Shown: positions 46,313 through 60,925, counted from the whole stretch's first letter. The stretch is DNA of 63,410 bases, filler included, from Folioceros fuciformis (GCA_049999805.1; 24 parts of 24 records of this genome joined end to end with filler, not necessarily neighbours in it); one strand, 5' to 3'. Numbers and translations are program-made. The notes: a model not told the origin generated them from the sequence alone.

Positions 46313-49300
46313 GAGTGGCTGAGAGCCCATGGTGCCCAGCTCACTGTGGAGAGTCCGTCTGGCGAGTTGGTGATGGATGCCAAGGTAATGGAAGGCGCTG
46401 ATTGGAGTCCCCAATAGCGGTAGCCAGCATCCCAATAGCGGCAGCACAGAGGCTGTACTAAGTTGTCAGCGACAGTGCGCCAGGATCCTGGCTCTCGCGA
46501 CCTTTGTAAAACAAGAAAGTTAGGATTTCACCAGCATGTGGTAGGTACATAATTTTAGCATGAGTTCACGACGAGGTGGAAACTTGTGGTGGTCTCTTCC
46601 ACAGCATTTTTTTTCCTTTTAGCCTCATGACTTGAGTGACCGGGTGAGTGGATTGCTTATTTCTCCTATTGTAAACACTGCTTGGGCTGTGTCAAATGTG
46701 TCCAAGGTCTAGTGTGTCGTCCACTCGGTGCCAAGTGCCGCAGCCCTGCAGCTGACAGCCGTTACCACCCTTCTGGGGTGTTGCTGGATGTTTATTCCGT
46801 GTCGACTACGCATGCAGTTGCAACATGGCTTCCGGGCCCCTGCATCCGCCTGTGTCTGCAAATGACAGGTTGCGCTCTGATGGCACTGCATTTAAAAAGG
46901 GATGAGCAGCTGGAATCCAGGGCTCTGGACATCCTGTCAATGCCTCTACTTTAAGGCATTGGCAGGATGTGGAGAAGGGATGAATGTGCTTTTGGCAGTT
47001 TCAGATATTTGAATTTTTGTCACTGCAAGCCTCCAGGCAATCCTATCCAGGCCTGATCCAGCACACATACCAGCACGCCGAGCCGGGGACACGGCCTTGT
47101 GAGACAGAGCTCCTTTCGTCTAGGTCGCTTGAGGGTGTGATGAGAGAGGTTCTGACGTCTCCTTTAACCATCGTTGTTTTCAATGCAGATGCGACTGGTG
47201 GGACTAGTGTGCGTACTCATGCAATCCTTGTGAACATGGAAACTGGAGGTTCAGAGAGGCAGGCAGTGTGGCCCATCTAACATCGACGGGGTGGCCATTC
47301 CTAACCATTCCGAGCTCGAAAATGAGAAAATCAAGGTTTCATCAAAGGCGGGAGCGTGGACGACGACGTCGACCACCTTTTGGCTTATGCCTGGTATAAA
47401 TTAAGCTTGCAGGGAAGCCGGATGTGAAGAAGTTGTGGAACTGGTACCACGTGTCCAGAGGATCTGTCTCAGGACCTCTGGTTTTGCCATTTGGAAATGC
47501 CCTGAGGGAATCTTGGAGGGTTTCCGGGCTCACTGGATGTTGCTTCATAGCAGGGATGAAAGCGGAGGAAGGGAGGAGTGGCAGACACACGGGCAGGAAG
47601 CCTGTCGGTTCACATGATTATGTTTCGCAAATCACAGCCAACGTATCACTGCCGTTGTGCAGTGCATTACATGTGATATGATCTCATGAGCATGAGAGAA
47701 GAGGTACTCCAAAGAGGTGATTGTGTCACCTGCTTGCTTTCTGGTTGGATCCATTGCTGGACTCGCTCACCTGAGTCGTTGTCAACAAACCCATGCACAA
47801 GTGCGTGCTTGGATCGAAGCGGAATTAGAGTTGCCGGCCACATGAATTGTTTAATTTTGATTCGTGGCAAGGCATTTGTCTGGGCTGGTGACGGAGAAGG
47901 CGAAAGCTGAAAAGCGGTTGAGATCGGAACAGGAAACCTTGTTCCTCTCATAGTTTCTCTCTAAAAAATGTGGCTTAACTCCGGTCTAGCTAGTCTGGGA
48001 GGGAGGGTTTGGTTTAGGGCAAAACTGTCTAGATGGACCAGAAAGCGAATGGCCTGGGCCTGATGGCCAGAATCGGTTACCGGCGTGCTTTGCTTCCCTT
48101 TGCTTTGCTTTGCTTTCCTTGCTTCTCGTGTCAGTGACTTGCTTTGAGTGGTCGGGAAAGTGTCAGAGTTCCACAAATCTGGCTACCTACCTGGTCGAGA
48201 ACTCAGGACTCCAGTGCCTCGTCCACTGGGCGGCAACTGCCAGAGGCGGGCAGTTGGTAGCCGTTGCTCCAGCCTCCTCCGCTACCACTTTTACGTTGGT
48301 CTCTCGGTCCACGCCTTCTTCATCACCCGGCTTCATGGGGTGTTGTGGGTGCATGTGGTATCAACATGATCCATTCCATGCGGCTGGGGCCGCCGACGAG
48401 ATGCTCGGCTGATGGGGACCGCATTACCGAGATCCTGCAGGATTGGGAGGGGCCTCTCAATTCAAACAACCCACCGCACCCCACGGTACCCTGCTAGTGG
48501 AGGCCGGTGGAGGAGGAACGGCAGACCAGACTAGACCAGACCAGGCCAGCCCAGATCAGACCAGGGCACGCCAATCCATCCCACTCCGTCCCGTTCCTGT
48601 CCCACCGTCGCCTTCGTGGCCACCAGTTTGTTACCACTCCCGCACCAGCACGTTGTAGATGAGGGAATTAGAAATTGGAATCCATCGTTGCTTCAATCTC
48701 GAACTTCGCTTTTCTCCCTGAGCGAAGCCGAATTGACGCCGGTCACAGAGGGCAAGGCTCCCGAGAAGTACCAGTGCACCATACGTCTCTGTGCTGGGTT
48801 CCATGTGAAACAAGGCCGAAGGCGATTGGTACGTGCCCTCTCCACTTTGGTCCTTGTGGGTCATCCGGGAGCCACGTCTCCCACCTTTGCCTGCCTGCCA
48901 CTTTCTATGTTTCGTGATGGCCACAGTTTCCAGTTGCCGCGGACCGATGAGACACATACTTGCCGCCCCGTCCCTGTGGACGGTGGTGGGAGCCCCCCAA
49001 GTTGCTACTCGCGACTCGCGCGGTTTTGGGTCCCCTTCGTTCATACTCGTACGTACGCGTAAAACCTAATTCCAAGCAGCCCGCGTGAGTTTGTGGAAGC
49101 TACAAGGGTTGTTGTCCCAGCCCGACATAACACGCGTGCAGATCAAAATCTGGCAAGGGGGCCGATCGGTTTCAAGGCCCACAATGGTGACTGCCAACGA
49201 TGCTGGACGGCGGTGGGGACCGTGGTGTGACTGGTTGGCTCCCTTCACTTCACTTCCTCGTTACGATGCTTTGGCGTACGATCGCGTGTGGGAGTCTCTC

Positions 49301-52300
49301 ATCAGTCATTCGTCAATCAAGCAATCAAAGACCGCAATCAGTTTAGCGTACAGATCGCACTGAATGAAAGAAGCAGGGAGCCGAAGGCAGCAAGCAACTA
49401 TGACAAGAGACATTTGTACAATCTCACTCCCCTGCGGTCTCTGTCAGTGTCTATCATGCTAATACTGTGCGGGCAGATTGAATCCAATTCCATTTTTTCA
49501 TCCCGACGCCCGAGGCCAACTCTGGCGAACGCTTCCACGGAAACGCTTCCCTTCTCTTCTCTTCCCCCCGCATCGCGCATAATAACCGCTGACATCACGC
49601 ACCCTGCATCCTGCAAGGGGATCCGGCAAGTTGGAAGCAGAGCCTGGCAGTCTCCAGCAGCCATAAAATGCAATAAAAAAACAAAAGGAAAATGATTCCG
49701 GTAGCGGGTTGCCCCACCTGTGGCGGGCACGGCAGCTGAGGGCACAGCCAGAGGCGCGCTCATTGGCCGGGAAAGGCCACAACCGAAAGTGGTCACCAAG
49801 CCGGAGTCCAGCCAGCCAGAGCTCGGTGATCAAGGATCCAACCAGGATCGTAGCTCTGGCCGACAGCAGAGAGTCTGGGCGACGCGCGGGCCACTGTACA
49901 ACCGGAGCCCAGGCTGGCGATGGACGACATAATAAACAAAGACCACTCCGAGGTGAGCTAGGTCCGGACAGACCCGATATTCTTCTTCTTCGCGCATCAT
50001 CCCAACGCAACAACCTCGAGGCAGGCCGCGCAGCAGCAGCATCAGCAGCATCGCGGCAGATAGATAGATAGATACCTTCCTACACATACATAGCAGTGTA
50101 CATCCCTCCACAACTTTACAAAAACATATCCCCGAGATCCGCCTCCCTCCAATTCATAAACATATCTTGCTCTAATCGGGCCCTGCAAGACATTGCACTT
50201 CACTGCACTGCAGGGCACGGCACGGTCCCGGTCTACCGGGACCGGGCCTTCGCTAGACCGCTTTCACGCGCTTTTGCTTGGCCCACGGAAGGGAAGTGCG
50301 AGCGGGTCAAGTGAAAAAAAAGGCAGCGCGGTGGAGTGTGCAGGTGTGCCCGCTCCTTGCCCACATCTTTGCACGGCTGCCATGGCCGGTGCGGTCACCT
50401 CGTCCTCCTCCGCGAGACGCACCGAGACGCGACTCCCTGGAGGACCAGGGACCAGCTGCGTCGCATCTCCACCGCCCCAGACACGGTACGACGCGGGGCC
50501 CCATCCCTTTCCTTCCAGCGAGGCCACGCCCAGACCACTCCCGGGCGACTACCATGCGCATAGCAGGAAGGGAGCCAGCGAGCCCGTCCTTCGTCCCCCC
50601 CACGGGCAGGAGGGCGACCGCGGTAACTCCTGCTTTCACCCTCCAGCAAGCCCCGGGCCCGGCCCATCCGTGAGGATTTGGAGGGCAGGAAAACGCGACT
50701 GACGGAACGGATCCCGCCAAATACAAAAACGGAACGGGGTTGGCGAGCCACGTGACGTCGTCGTGATCCGCATTCATGATATGTACATATGTACATTCAT
50801 TCCATTTCATCCGAGGCTTTGCACAATCCGGTGTCGGAGCGGCATCCTTGGCGCCGGAATCCTTGTCCACATTCCCTTCTAGTGCGGCACAGGAGAGGAA
50901 GAAACAACAAGTTTATTCCAGTCCTGACTCCAAGTGCTGCGTGCACAGCACTTCAGTACATGCATATGGTGTTGGTGTCTATCCCAAGAAGATGAGCACA
51001 AACATACACTAGTTGCAGCATATACAACTCGGGCAGTCGAAGAGACGCGACTCCAACTCGACTCCGACTCCGACTCCACCTTCTCCTTATCCCCTTCTCC
51101 CAACAATCCGATAGACAGCATATTGCGGCCACGCGCGCTCGCATCACTCGCCTGCCTTTGTGACCCGTGACCCGCCACACCCCTGGAGGGCCGCCCCTGG
51201 TGGCGCTTGGTTTCCTTCCACCCGACTGCGATTTGGAGAATCCGCGAGTGGAAGAAGCTGTCCGCGTAATAAGACGCAGCCGCGTAACCCTAACCCCGCC
51301 TTCCTCGGCGGGCAGCGGAAGGCGCAGGAGGCAGATGCAGGGAGAGATGGACCCCGATAGCGCATATTCCTGCCTACATATTCCCGTGCCGCCTCTACGT
51401 CCAAGTAAGTCCTACGGTATACGGGCAGGGCAGGGCAGGCCAGGCCAGGCCTGGCTCCCGCTGCCTCTGGTGCTGCTGCTGCTGCCCGCGCATTTGTCTC
51501 GCATTCGTGCCGTGCGGCGGGGACAATGGCAAACGGAACCCCCAGGCGTCTGCCGCCTGCACCTCGCTGCGCGTGGGACAAGTGTGATTTGCGAAGCACG
51601 TAGCTTATCGGCGCCGCAGTACGCCCGCGTCCGCCTCCAATGGACCTTCGCCATCTGCTGAACCTGCAAGTCACTCCACTGGACGCAATGCCGGTGCCAA
51701 GTGTACCCCCTTCTGCTCTACACCTGTGACCGCTCTGCCTCTGCCGCACTTGGACTCGCACTCCCCGTCCAATCGCTTCCGCACTCCGGGTGACGAGCTC
51801 CAGTGTTTGGCGTGCAGTGCACAATAAGGGGGGCCCCACTAGGGTTTGTAATACATATGGGTCTCTCTCTCTCTCTTCGACCTGTATCCTGTACTTACGG
51901 ACATACATACATACATTCACACACACACAGGGCGCCCTGGGAGACTGTGGGAGGAGTCTGGGACCGGAGGTGCAGGCCGGAAGGTTCAAACTCCCATGTC
52001 TTCCGCGACACCGCACATACGAATCTCCTGGATCCCCAGGTACATATTTATTGTTCACTTCATACAGTCAGGTACGTAAGCGCTGTATCAAATTCTCCAC
52101 CACGAACAAAAGCTATTATATGTATATTACTTGCTTGGAAAAAGTACAGTAGTAGTATAGGATCTAGGGTTTAGTTTCCTTCTAATTGCATGCAAGGAAG
52201 GAGAAGAAGGAGACGAGGAACAAACAAACTTTGGGCGCTGGATTATGAGAAGGAGAAGGAGCTTCTGCAAGTAGAGAGCATCTCCAACAATGTTGGTGCA

Positions 52301-53855
52301 ACCTCCCTTTTCCACCCCATTCTTCAAGGATTCCATGATAATCGAGACCCAGGTTGTCAAGGTTGTTTGTTTACACTAATTAGATGCCACTAAGATGCAG
52401 TGAACATGAACCAAACACCTGTCCTGTTCAGGAGGAAGGAATCATTTTTGGAAGAAGAGTGTTTAGCAGGATATGCCGGTTGCAAATTGCCAAGAGATCC
52501 TTATGCTTTAATCTGTGAGCTGAGCTTAAATGACGACATATAGAGGGTGTTGAAGATGATGAAGCCGCTTGTGTAGATTGACAATACCGGCCATGGTGTG
52601 ATTTCAAGGTGGCTGATGATTCTGTTTGGTTGGAGGCTGCCATGGCGGTGGATATGCTTGGCCAGATTGAGGTGCTACTCTACTTGCATTTCGTAGCCAG
52701 CCAGGAAGCATTCCACGAGGGAGGCAAGAGAGGCACTGGTGCAGTTCCTCTGCCTCCGTTCTACTTAGGGTTTGTGTTAACAAGGCCAAGGAGGAGTGGT
52801 GCAGGAAGCTAAAAAATAGTAAATTGAGGCGGGGTGGTGTGCAGTGTGGGAGATGCGGGTAGGTAGCGAGTGTGGGTTCTGGAAGGTACGGAAGGGGAAA
52901 TTGGAAATAGGGCAAACCAGCTCTGGAGCAGGGCAGGCCAATGGGGAGCGCTGAGCCCTTACCGTCCTTGGAGCGTCGAAAAAAAGTCAGGATGCCCGGC
53001 CAGCGCTCTGACACCCAACGTGCGACGCCAAGCGAATTAACAGCGGCCATCGGTAATTGCGCTGCGTCGAATGTACAATGTACAGTGTGTACGCTCAAGC
53101 TTGGCCTGGCCTGGCCTTTGTAACGGGGACGAGGGAGTAAAAAACAGTCCCGGGCCCCGGCACCCGGCACTGGCCTGCCCTTTCCCTGCCCGGGTGAGGC
53201 CAGGCCAGGCGAGTCGCATGGGAGCAGGAGGCACCCGGGCGTGGTCCCGGTCCCGGTCCCGGTTCCGGGGCAGCTAGCTGGGCACGGGCAGCAGGGCCAG
53301 GGTCCTGCTTGGAGGGAGGGAGGGACGGAGGGAGGGAGAGAGGGCCTCAAGTGCTGCGAGCAGTGGCTCTGTCTTCCATTTGGCCCCTGGAGCACCACCA
53401 CCTCCCTCGCCCCCTGCCTTGCCCTTGCCTTGCCTTGCCCTGCCTTGCCCTTGCCTTGCCTTTGCCTTCCCCTCCCTCACCTTTTCCATTCCGGCTCTCG
53501 CCGGCTCTTGCACGCCCGCGCCGGGACTGTGTGCGTGCGTGCGTGCCTTGCTCTCCTGCCATTGCCACCGCCCTGCGCCTGCTTCTAGCTTCCCTTTCCT
53601 TCCCTTCCCTTCCTACCCTTCTGCCCCGACGCCTCGCGAATGCGCATGCCTCGCCTCCCCCATCCGCCCCGCTCCTCCTCAGTCCATGTTCGCGCAACCA
53701 AGGAGCCGGCCCGATCCTAGCCGCGCGCTCGACCTCGGCCAGCACCAGCACCAGCGCATCCGGAAGCAGGGACGTCGCGGCAACAGCAGAGAGGCCGGCG
53801 CGGATCATGCTCCCGTGCGCTGCCTCCACGACCTGCACCGACCCCGCCCCTGCGA
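46313..53855. other. 7.5-kb TE-free GC-rich region, probably intergenic or 5' leader sequence
   Basis: No recognisable protein domain. Many short tracts (CCTTG, GGCAG, GACCA, TACA). A possible minus-strand intron runs from about 48191 to 46503. Confidence 0.4.
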
Positions 53856-53955
53856 NNNNNNNNNNNNNNNNNNNNNNNNNNNNNNNNNNNNNNNNNNNNT
53901 TAATTAATTAANNNNNNNNNNNNNNNNNNNNNNNNNNNNNNNNNNNNNNNNNNNN

Positions 53956-55359
53956 ACTTGTCTCCCCTGGTATTGGTACAGTGCATTTGCTTGTCCCATC
54001 TGAAGTTACACTCATTTTGAATGATGTGTACTATGTTCCTGACATGACCAGAAATTTAGTTTCTGTTAGAAGGCTAAATGCAAATAATAACAGTCATGTT
54101 TTGCTCACAACAACTGAATGTCAAGTGATAGATGCTTATGATCATAGCAAAGTTTTGGCTTATGGATAATCAGATCATGACCTGTTTCGTCTTCACCTTC
54201 AGAGTGGGAAGCCCATCTCCCACCTTACACAAGACACTACCCTAGCTTCTGCACAACAAGTAGAAAAGAGTTAGCTGTGGCATGCTAGGCTTGGTCATCC
54301 ACATAGTGCAAAGCTACAAAAGCTAGCAGTAAGCAATCTCTATGCTGATGGACCTATTGGACCCTTGGTCCCCTTACCTCTCTGTGAATCTTGTGTGCTT
54401 TCCAACAGGCATCAAGCAGCCTTCAAAAACCAGAATCCATACTGAGCTTCAGAAGTCTTAGAGCTAGTTCACACTAACTTGTGTGGACCATTGTCACAGC
54501 CTTCCCTTGGTGGTGGGAGATACTTTCTCATCTTCACAGATGACAAGACACGTTATGTCACAGCTTACATTCTTCAGGCAAAGAGTGAATGTTTTACACA
54601 TTTCAAGACTTACCTCAAGTTTGTTGAACGCTGGACTGGGAAGCAGCTGAAGACACTTTGCTCGGATAATGGTGGGGAATTTACTTCCAAGGAATTCCAG
54701 TCCTATTGCGCTCATGAAGGCATAGGACGTCAGCTAACAGTTGTATACACTCCCCAACAAAATGGTGTAGCTGAGCACATGAACTTAACCTTGCAGGAGA
54801 TGACATCCTCTTTGCTTCATCTTGCTCACCTTCCTTTACCTTATTGGGCACAAGCCTTGTCTACTGCAGTCTACTTACGCAACAGATTACCAACTAATGC
54901 AGTTGTAGGGATGACTTTCTATGAGGCATTTTCTAGACGCAAGCCTTCTGTCCTTCACCTTCGTACATTTGGGTGTGTAGCTTATTCCTTCATTCCTAAA
55001 GAGAAACGTAAGAAACTCTTAGACAAAGCTCAGAAGCTCATGATGCTAGGCTATACAGAAGGAATAAAGGCTTATAAACTTTAAAATGTCTCTAAGGACA
55101 AGGTAGTTTACTCTAGGAGTGTTACCTTTAATGAAAAAGTTCCTTGGGTAGTGGGAGCTTCACAGCACGGTGGGGTCTCCTCGGATGTCTCACACTTTGA
55201 AGATTCTCCCCATGAGGATGATGCCTCTAGGTGGGGAAGATACAGTTGAACCAGCTACACTTGCAGCTGAACCTGTGGAGGAGATAGTATCAGCTGCTGA
55301 TAGTATACAGGAGCCACATCCTGAATTTGATCATGGGATTTTACCTGAAGCTCCTGCAG
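53956..55359 (+). mobile_element. Ty1/copia protease tail, GAG-pre-integrase and integrase (decayed)
   Basis: DVYYVPDMTRNLVSV, LWHARLGHP, LCGP, SDNGGEF, YTPQQNGVAE, YLRNRLPT. Confidence 0.95.
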
Positions 55360-56339
55360 NNNNNNNNNNNNNNNNNNNNNNNNNNNNNNNNNNNNNNNNN
55401 NNNTTAATTAATTAANNNNNNNNNNNNNNNNNNNNNNNNNNNNNNNNNNNNNNNNNNNNCCAATGTCTCAACGACAGTGGGATAAGTGTGGCCACTAAAG
55501 GTGGAACCCATTGGCAATCAGTGCCCGGGGTTTTGCCTCCACAGCAGACGAGAGAGCCGCCGCATGAACAGATACTAGGAGGACCGAGTAAACAAGCTAG
55601 AGCAGCGAGAGATTGAGCTCAGTAGGGAACTAGAGGAGTCAAGGATGTGTCACAACCCAACTACTCACTCTGCTGATCAAATTCCTAAACCCGAGACTCC
55701 TGACCTGCCTAATTTCATTTCATCTTGTGGTCCCCTTAACAGCACTATTCTACCTCAGGGAAGAGAAAAAAAGATTGTGTTGCCCATGAGATACAGAGGG
55801 AGAACTTTTTCCTTGCCAAGAGGCCACCCTAACAAGACAGTGAGGCTGATCTCCGACGGTGACAGTGTAAACGACCCTCTAACTCCAAAGATGTATATCT
55901 GTGCTGAGACAAGAATAGCCATGAAGAGGGAGGAGTGGTACAGGTGGGGAGGTTCTAGCGGGAACTTTATATCCTTTTATGGTAAGCAACTTCAGAACTC
56001 TAAGGCCTCCCACTCTTGTTGTGGTTTAGAGAAGGACTAAAGGGCTTACTTTGAGATACTAAATGTGCGTGTGTGTCACTTGCAATTTCTAGGGACAGAC
56101 CAAATGAGGAAGCAGTGATACCCTATGCAACTGAAGACAAGGACACTGAAGGGGAATCAGAACATGATTTCAACTCCAACTACCTCGGGATACTAAAAGC
56201 AAGGGGGGAAGGAAGGAGATCACTGTTCTTTGACGGCACAAGCTCTGGATCTGAAACTCCCTAAGAACTGAGAGCATAATTACCCTACTGGTAACACACA
56301 ACAGTCAGTCACTCCTCAAACATACATTTCAATGCTGCT

Positions 56340-59300
56340 GGAGTCTAAGACTCCTAGCATCTCCTTAAACAGGTTGTGCTTTACCTTAGGAAGGGCTTCA
56401 GTGAGCAGGTCAGCTGCATTAGATTATGTTGGTATGTACTCAAGAAAAATCTGACCTGAAGCAAGTGCATCACGAATGAAGTGGTGTTGAACTTCAATAT
56501 GTTTTGTCCGTGCATGAAAGACCGGGTTTTGAGCCAGGGTAAGTGCAGACTGATTGTTGTAGTAAATTAACGTTGGTTGAGTCTGCTCCTGTCCCAGATC
56601 CTTGAGTAACCTTCTCAGCCATATGCCCTCCTTTGAAGCTTGAGTGAGAGCAGAGTATTCTGCCTCTGTAGAGGACAGAGATACTGTGGATTGTTTCTTA
56701 TATGACCAGGTAACCACGCCACCAGCTAATAAGACATAAGCCGACACCGACTTTCTTGTGTCAGGGTTTGATGCCCAATCAGCATCACAATAGCCAGTCA
56801 ATGTAAGAAAATCCTTGGATGACTTATGTTTTGAGTAGTGTATCCCATGTTTACTGGTACCTTTCATGTATCTCAAAATACGTTTTGCTACTGACCAATG
56901 TATCTATCTAGGGTCCTTCAAGAATTGAGAGGCCATACTCAGTGGAAGGGAGATATCAGGTCTCGTATGGTTAGAGCAAAAGATCAAGGAGCCAACAACT
57001 TGAGAATACGGTACGCTCATCATCTGGTCTTTCTCTAAAGCAGTTTGAGGTGACTGCTCTTTCAATAGCTTACTACCGGCCTCCATAGGGGTTAAGGCAA
57101 GTTTAGCATCCAAGAGCTTGTACTTATGCAACATATCAAATATGTACTTTTCTTCGTGTACAACTAAAGTGCCTTGTTGAGGATCTCGTAGGAGTTGTGT
57201 CCCAAGACAATAGGACAACTCACCGACATCCACCATGTCGAACCTTCCTTAGAGTAAGGACTTGACACATTCAATGTTTGGTAGGTCAGTACCTAGGAGA
57301 ATACAGTCATCAACGTACGAGGCCAAGATAACATAGCCAGTGTCATCATGAAGCAAATACACATTAGAGTCTGATGAAGACTTCTTGAAGCCCAAATCTT
57401 GTAAGAACTCATCTATGCACTCATACCAAGCTCTTGGACTTTGCTTTAGACCATAAATAGTCTTGAGTAAGTTGCATACCCAATCCTACTTGCCAACAAT
57501 CTCATGACCTTCGGACTGTTGCATGTAGATCTCCTCCTCTAGCTTGCCATGAAGAAACGCTATCTTAACATCCATCTGATGGATAAAGAGAGAGAAGAAG
57601 GCAGACATGGCAAACAAAACCCGAAAAGACTGAGCCTTGACCACAGGGGAAAATGTATCATGATAGTCCAGCCCAAGGACTTGTGAGAAGCCACGAGCAA
57701 CCAGCCTGGCCTTGTAACGGGCAATGGAACCATCAGCTCGATACTTCAGCTTGAAGACCCACTTGCTTGTCACAATTTTCCTCCCCTGAGGGGGTCTACA
57801 AAGGTCCCAGGTGTGATTAGAAATAAGAGAGTTGTATTCAGACTTGATAGTAGCTTTCCATTGCTTGGATTCAGGACTGGTAAGAGCCTCATGATAGGAC
57901 TAAGGCTCATGACCAAGGATGACTACAACATGAGCTGTATCTCTAACCGTCTTTCCAGATCCAGTGTCAACCGAGCATGAAACAGGTCGTGGCTCCCGAC
58001 GTCCAGCCCAGGCCTCCGGCCTGTAGGGTTCCTCTAACCATTCCTCCTAAGGCCTATGGGGTCGAGAAGAGCGACGTAGGGGAATTGAATGTTCGAGGGA
58101 ATCAGGGAGAGGTAACACAAACTGTATTGGGTCATCAACCTCAAGGTCTGAAACAGGTAAGTCGATGGAAGCAAGAGGAACAAGAACCATTTTTGTAGAC
58201 TGTTCTAAACTTGTGGCTGAGTCTGAATTAGAGGAGTCGTAATCACTTGTAAGAGATTCAAAGGTGTGAGGTGGCAGAGGTATGTCTAGAGGTGTGTCCA
58301 GAGCTGAGACAGTGATATCAGGAAAGGAAGGATCAGAGATAGGAAATTCAACATCTAAATCTACCTTTGAGGATAAATTCTCGTCTGTCTCAGGTACTAA
58401 GACTGGGTATTCATAGTCTACAGGATCAACCACCTCTGAAGGCTTCAAGACAGGGCGCTCATCAAATACAACAGTCCTAGCATGATTGACTTTGCATGAG
58501 GTAGAGTCGAAAAGCTTGTACCCATGAATTCTTGTAGTGTAGCCAATAAAGATATGCCTTCTTGACTTGTAGGCAAACTTATGTCACAACTTGTTAGGAA
58601 TGTGGGCATAGGCTACACTGCCAAAAATGCGAAGATGAGATAAGTCAGGCTTGTGACTTGTCCACGCCTCAAACGGTGTTACCCCACTAAGAGAAGAGAC
58701 GACAATCCTATTTTGAAGATAAGTAGCAACTTGGACTACTTCTGCCCAAAAACGTACTGATAGCCTCCCCTGAAACAGTAAGGAGCGAGCTGTATCCTAT
58801 ATAGTACAATGTCTCCTTTCAGCCCTTCCATTTATGTTAGAATGATTGGGAATTGTTAATTGTCGAGTGATCCCCTTATCCTGACAGAACTTTTGGAAGG
58901 TTGTAGAAAGATACTCTTCAGCATTGTCTAAACATATGCACTTCAACTTCTTGCTTGTTTGTCGTTCAGCATAGGCTAAGTATCTTTTAAAACTCTCAAA
59001 TACCTCGCTCTTATGCTGCAAGAGCTTCGTTACGGTGAAATGAGACATATTATCTTCAAATACAACAAAGTAACAAGCTCCTCCCCATGAGGCCACAGAC
59101 ATGGGACCATAGATGTCTGTGTGGATGAGATCAAGAACATATGTGGGCTTGCATGGCTTACCACTGCCAAAATGGGACTTATATTGTTTCCCATGTACAC
59201 AGGCCACGCACAAATCCAAGTCAAATGATTTGGATTTTGAAAATCCTGTTACCATTTTTTCTTTGAGCAGCCTTTGCATAGCCTTAATGTTGGGGTGACC

Positions 59301-60345
59301 AAGCTGGCAATGCCAATGAAAGGCCTTACTTGCAGTTGACCTCACTCCAGCTGCGTGTGCTGCAGGCTTGGATGAAGTCGGGGAAACAAAATCCAGCTAA
59401 TATAGATCATTCAAGGGAGAACCCCTAGATATGACCCTAGTGGGAGATTCCAATGTAGAGATCACACACGACGTACCCTCGAAGGTGATTCTATAGAGGC
59501 CAGTCTTACCAAGTTCCATTGTGCTCACCAAGTTTTTAGCAAGCAAAGGTACATGTAAGTTATTCTCTAGCCTCAAAGTCCCTCCATCCTTCAAGGAGAT
59601 TTGGGCTGTTCCAATACCCTTGATGGGGACTTCTGAATTATCTCCTAATGAAACTGCTGATTTATGGCAGGTTGGAACACGTTCATATGTAACAAACTGC
59701 TTTTGAGATGAGCACATGTGATTCGATGCTCCATTGTCAAGAAACCATCGATGTGAATCATGAGCAACTGAATTAAGGCAAGCTACAAGTAACCCCGGCG
59801 TCAAGGTTCTTGCAGTATGTCCTTCAGGTTGCTTTCCCTTTAGATCCTGCTCCACTAAACCTTGATTTATGCATGTGCTTTCTGTTAGCCTCTGCTTGTA
59901 GCAAAGCTCCAACTAACCTTTGCACTGTCATGTTTGTTGTAGCAGGTGTGCTGGCAGTTGCTGGTACAACTATTGCTGAAGCCTGCTGGCTAGAGCTCCT
60001 CTGTTCATAACTCGGTGGTAATGATGCCAGTAACTGGATGGCTGCCTTGGACTCATAAATTATAACACCACATGAAGCAAGCTTAGCTCTTGCAGCTTGA
60101 AACCTGGCAACATGAGCTTCGATAGAATTAATCTCTCTCATACGCAAGTTTTGAAAGTTAAGTGTTGTTGCAACCTCCGTCATTACATCCTTAGCTTTGT
60201 AGGTATCTGAAAATAATGACCACACTTCATGTGCATGTTTTGTTAGTTTGATGTGTGTGGAATCATTTCATGTGATACAAAAGAGACTAAAATCGTCATC
60301 GCTTTTCTGTCTTTATGATTCCAATCAGATTCCTCTTTAATTGTC
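56340..60345 (-). mobile_element. Near-complete decayed Ty1/copia gag-pol
   Basis: In order: gag QLLASLPPSY, protease WFLDNGASNHM, integrase HTDIYGP and NGRAERR, RT KWVFKLK and SYVDD, RNase H GYCDADWA and RTKHIEVQHHFIRD. Confidence 0.97.
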
Positions 60346-60811
60346 NNNNNNNNNNNNNNNNNNNNNNNNNNNNNNNNNNNNNNNNNNNNTTAATTAATTA
60401 ANNNNNNNNNNNNNNNNNNNNNNNNNNNNNNNNNNNNNNNNNNNNCCTGAGATTGAGATGTCTATGTTGTTTTCACCATAATTTGTAGAAGCTAGCTGCT
60501 GTTTGTAGACTTATGATGGTCTGATGCAGGAAAAAGCGAGTAGTATGAGGCTGGTATGTAGTTGACGTCTTTCTGCTCTGCACGAAAGCCAAGGTGTGAA
60601 TCGTGCACTGGTGGAGGCAAGGGCAAGCTGACAACAGAGGCGAGATGGACGTACTGTAGGTTTCCGTGTGGATACGGTTGTGAAGAAGGTCGTGCCTTTT
60701 TTGAAGCCTTCTTTCAACTTCTGATGACAAGAGGAGGCCCGGCCTGGCTCGGTCCGGATACTTGAAACGTACTTGTCAACATGTCCTTTAGAAGTATTCG
60801 ACCTAAGATTG

Positions 60812-60925
60812 TCAAACTGATTTGGATTCATAATGATATGTTATTAAAAGAAATGAACATTTATTCTATCAAACTGATTTGGATTCATAATGATATGTTA
60901 TTAAAAGAACTGAATATTTATTCTA
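60812..60925 (+). repeat. 57-bp tandem duplication
   Basis: TCAAACTGATTTGGATTCATAATGATATGTTATTAAAAGAA.TGAA.ATTTATTCTA twice. Confidence 0.9.

Noticed and set aside
52150-52820. miRNA precursor or small signalling peptide gene
   Set aside because: I found no match to conserved land-plant miRNAs or CLE/DVL motifs that I recall, and no clear long hairpin.
49398-53855. Many long overlapping ORFs (up to 304 aa)
   Set aside because: Expected from GC-rich low-complexity DNA; no domains, and frames are open on both strands.
60570-60610. FCSARKPRCESC as the Fe-S loop of an HhH-GPD glycosylase
   Set aside because: The first Cys and any upstream HhH/GPD sequence are absent and a stop lies just upstream; too short to support.
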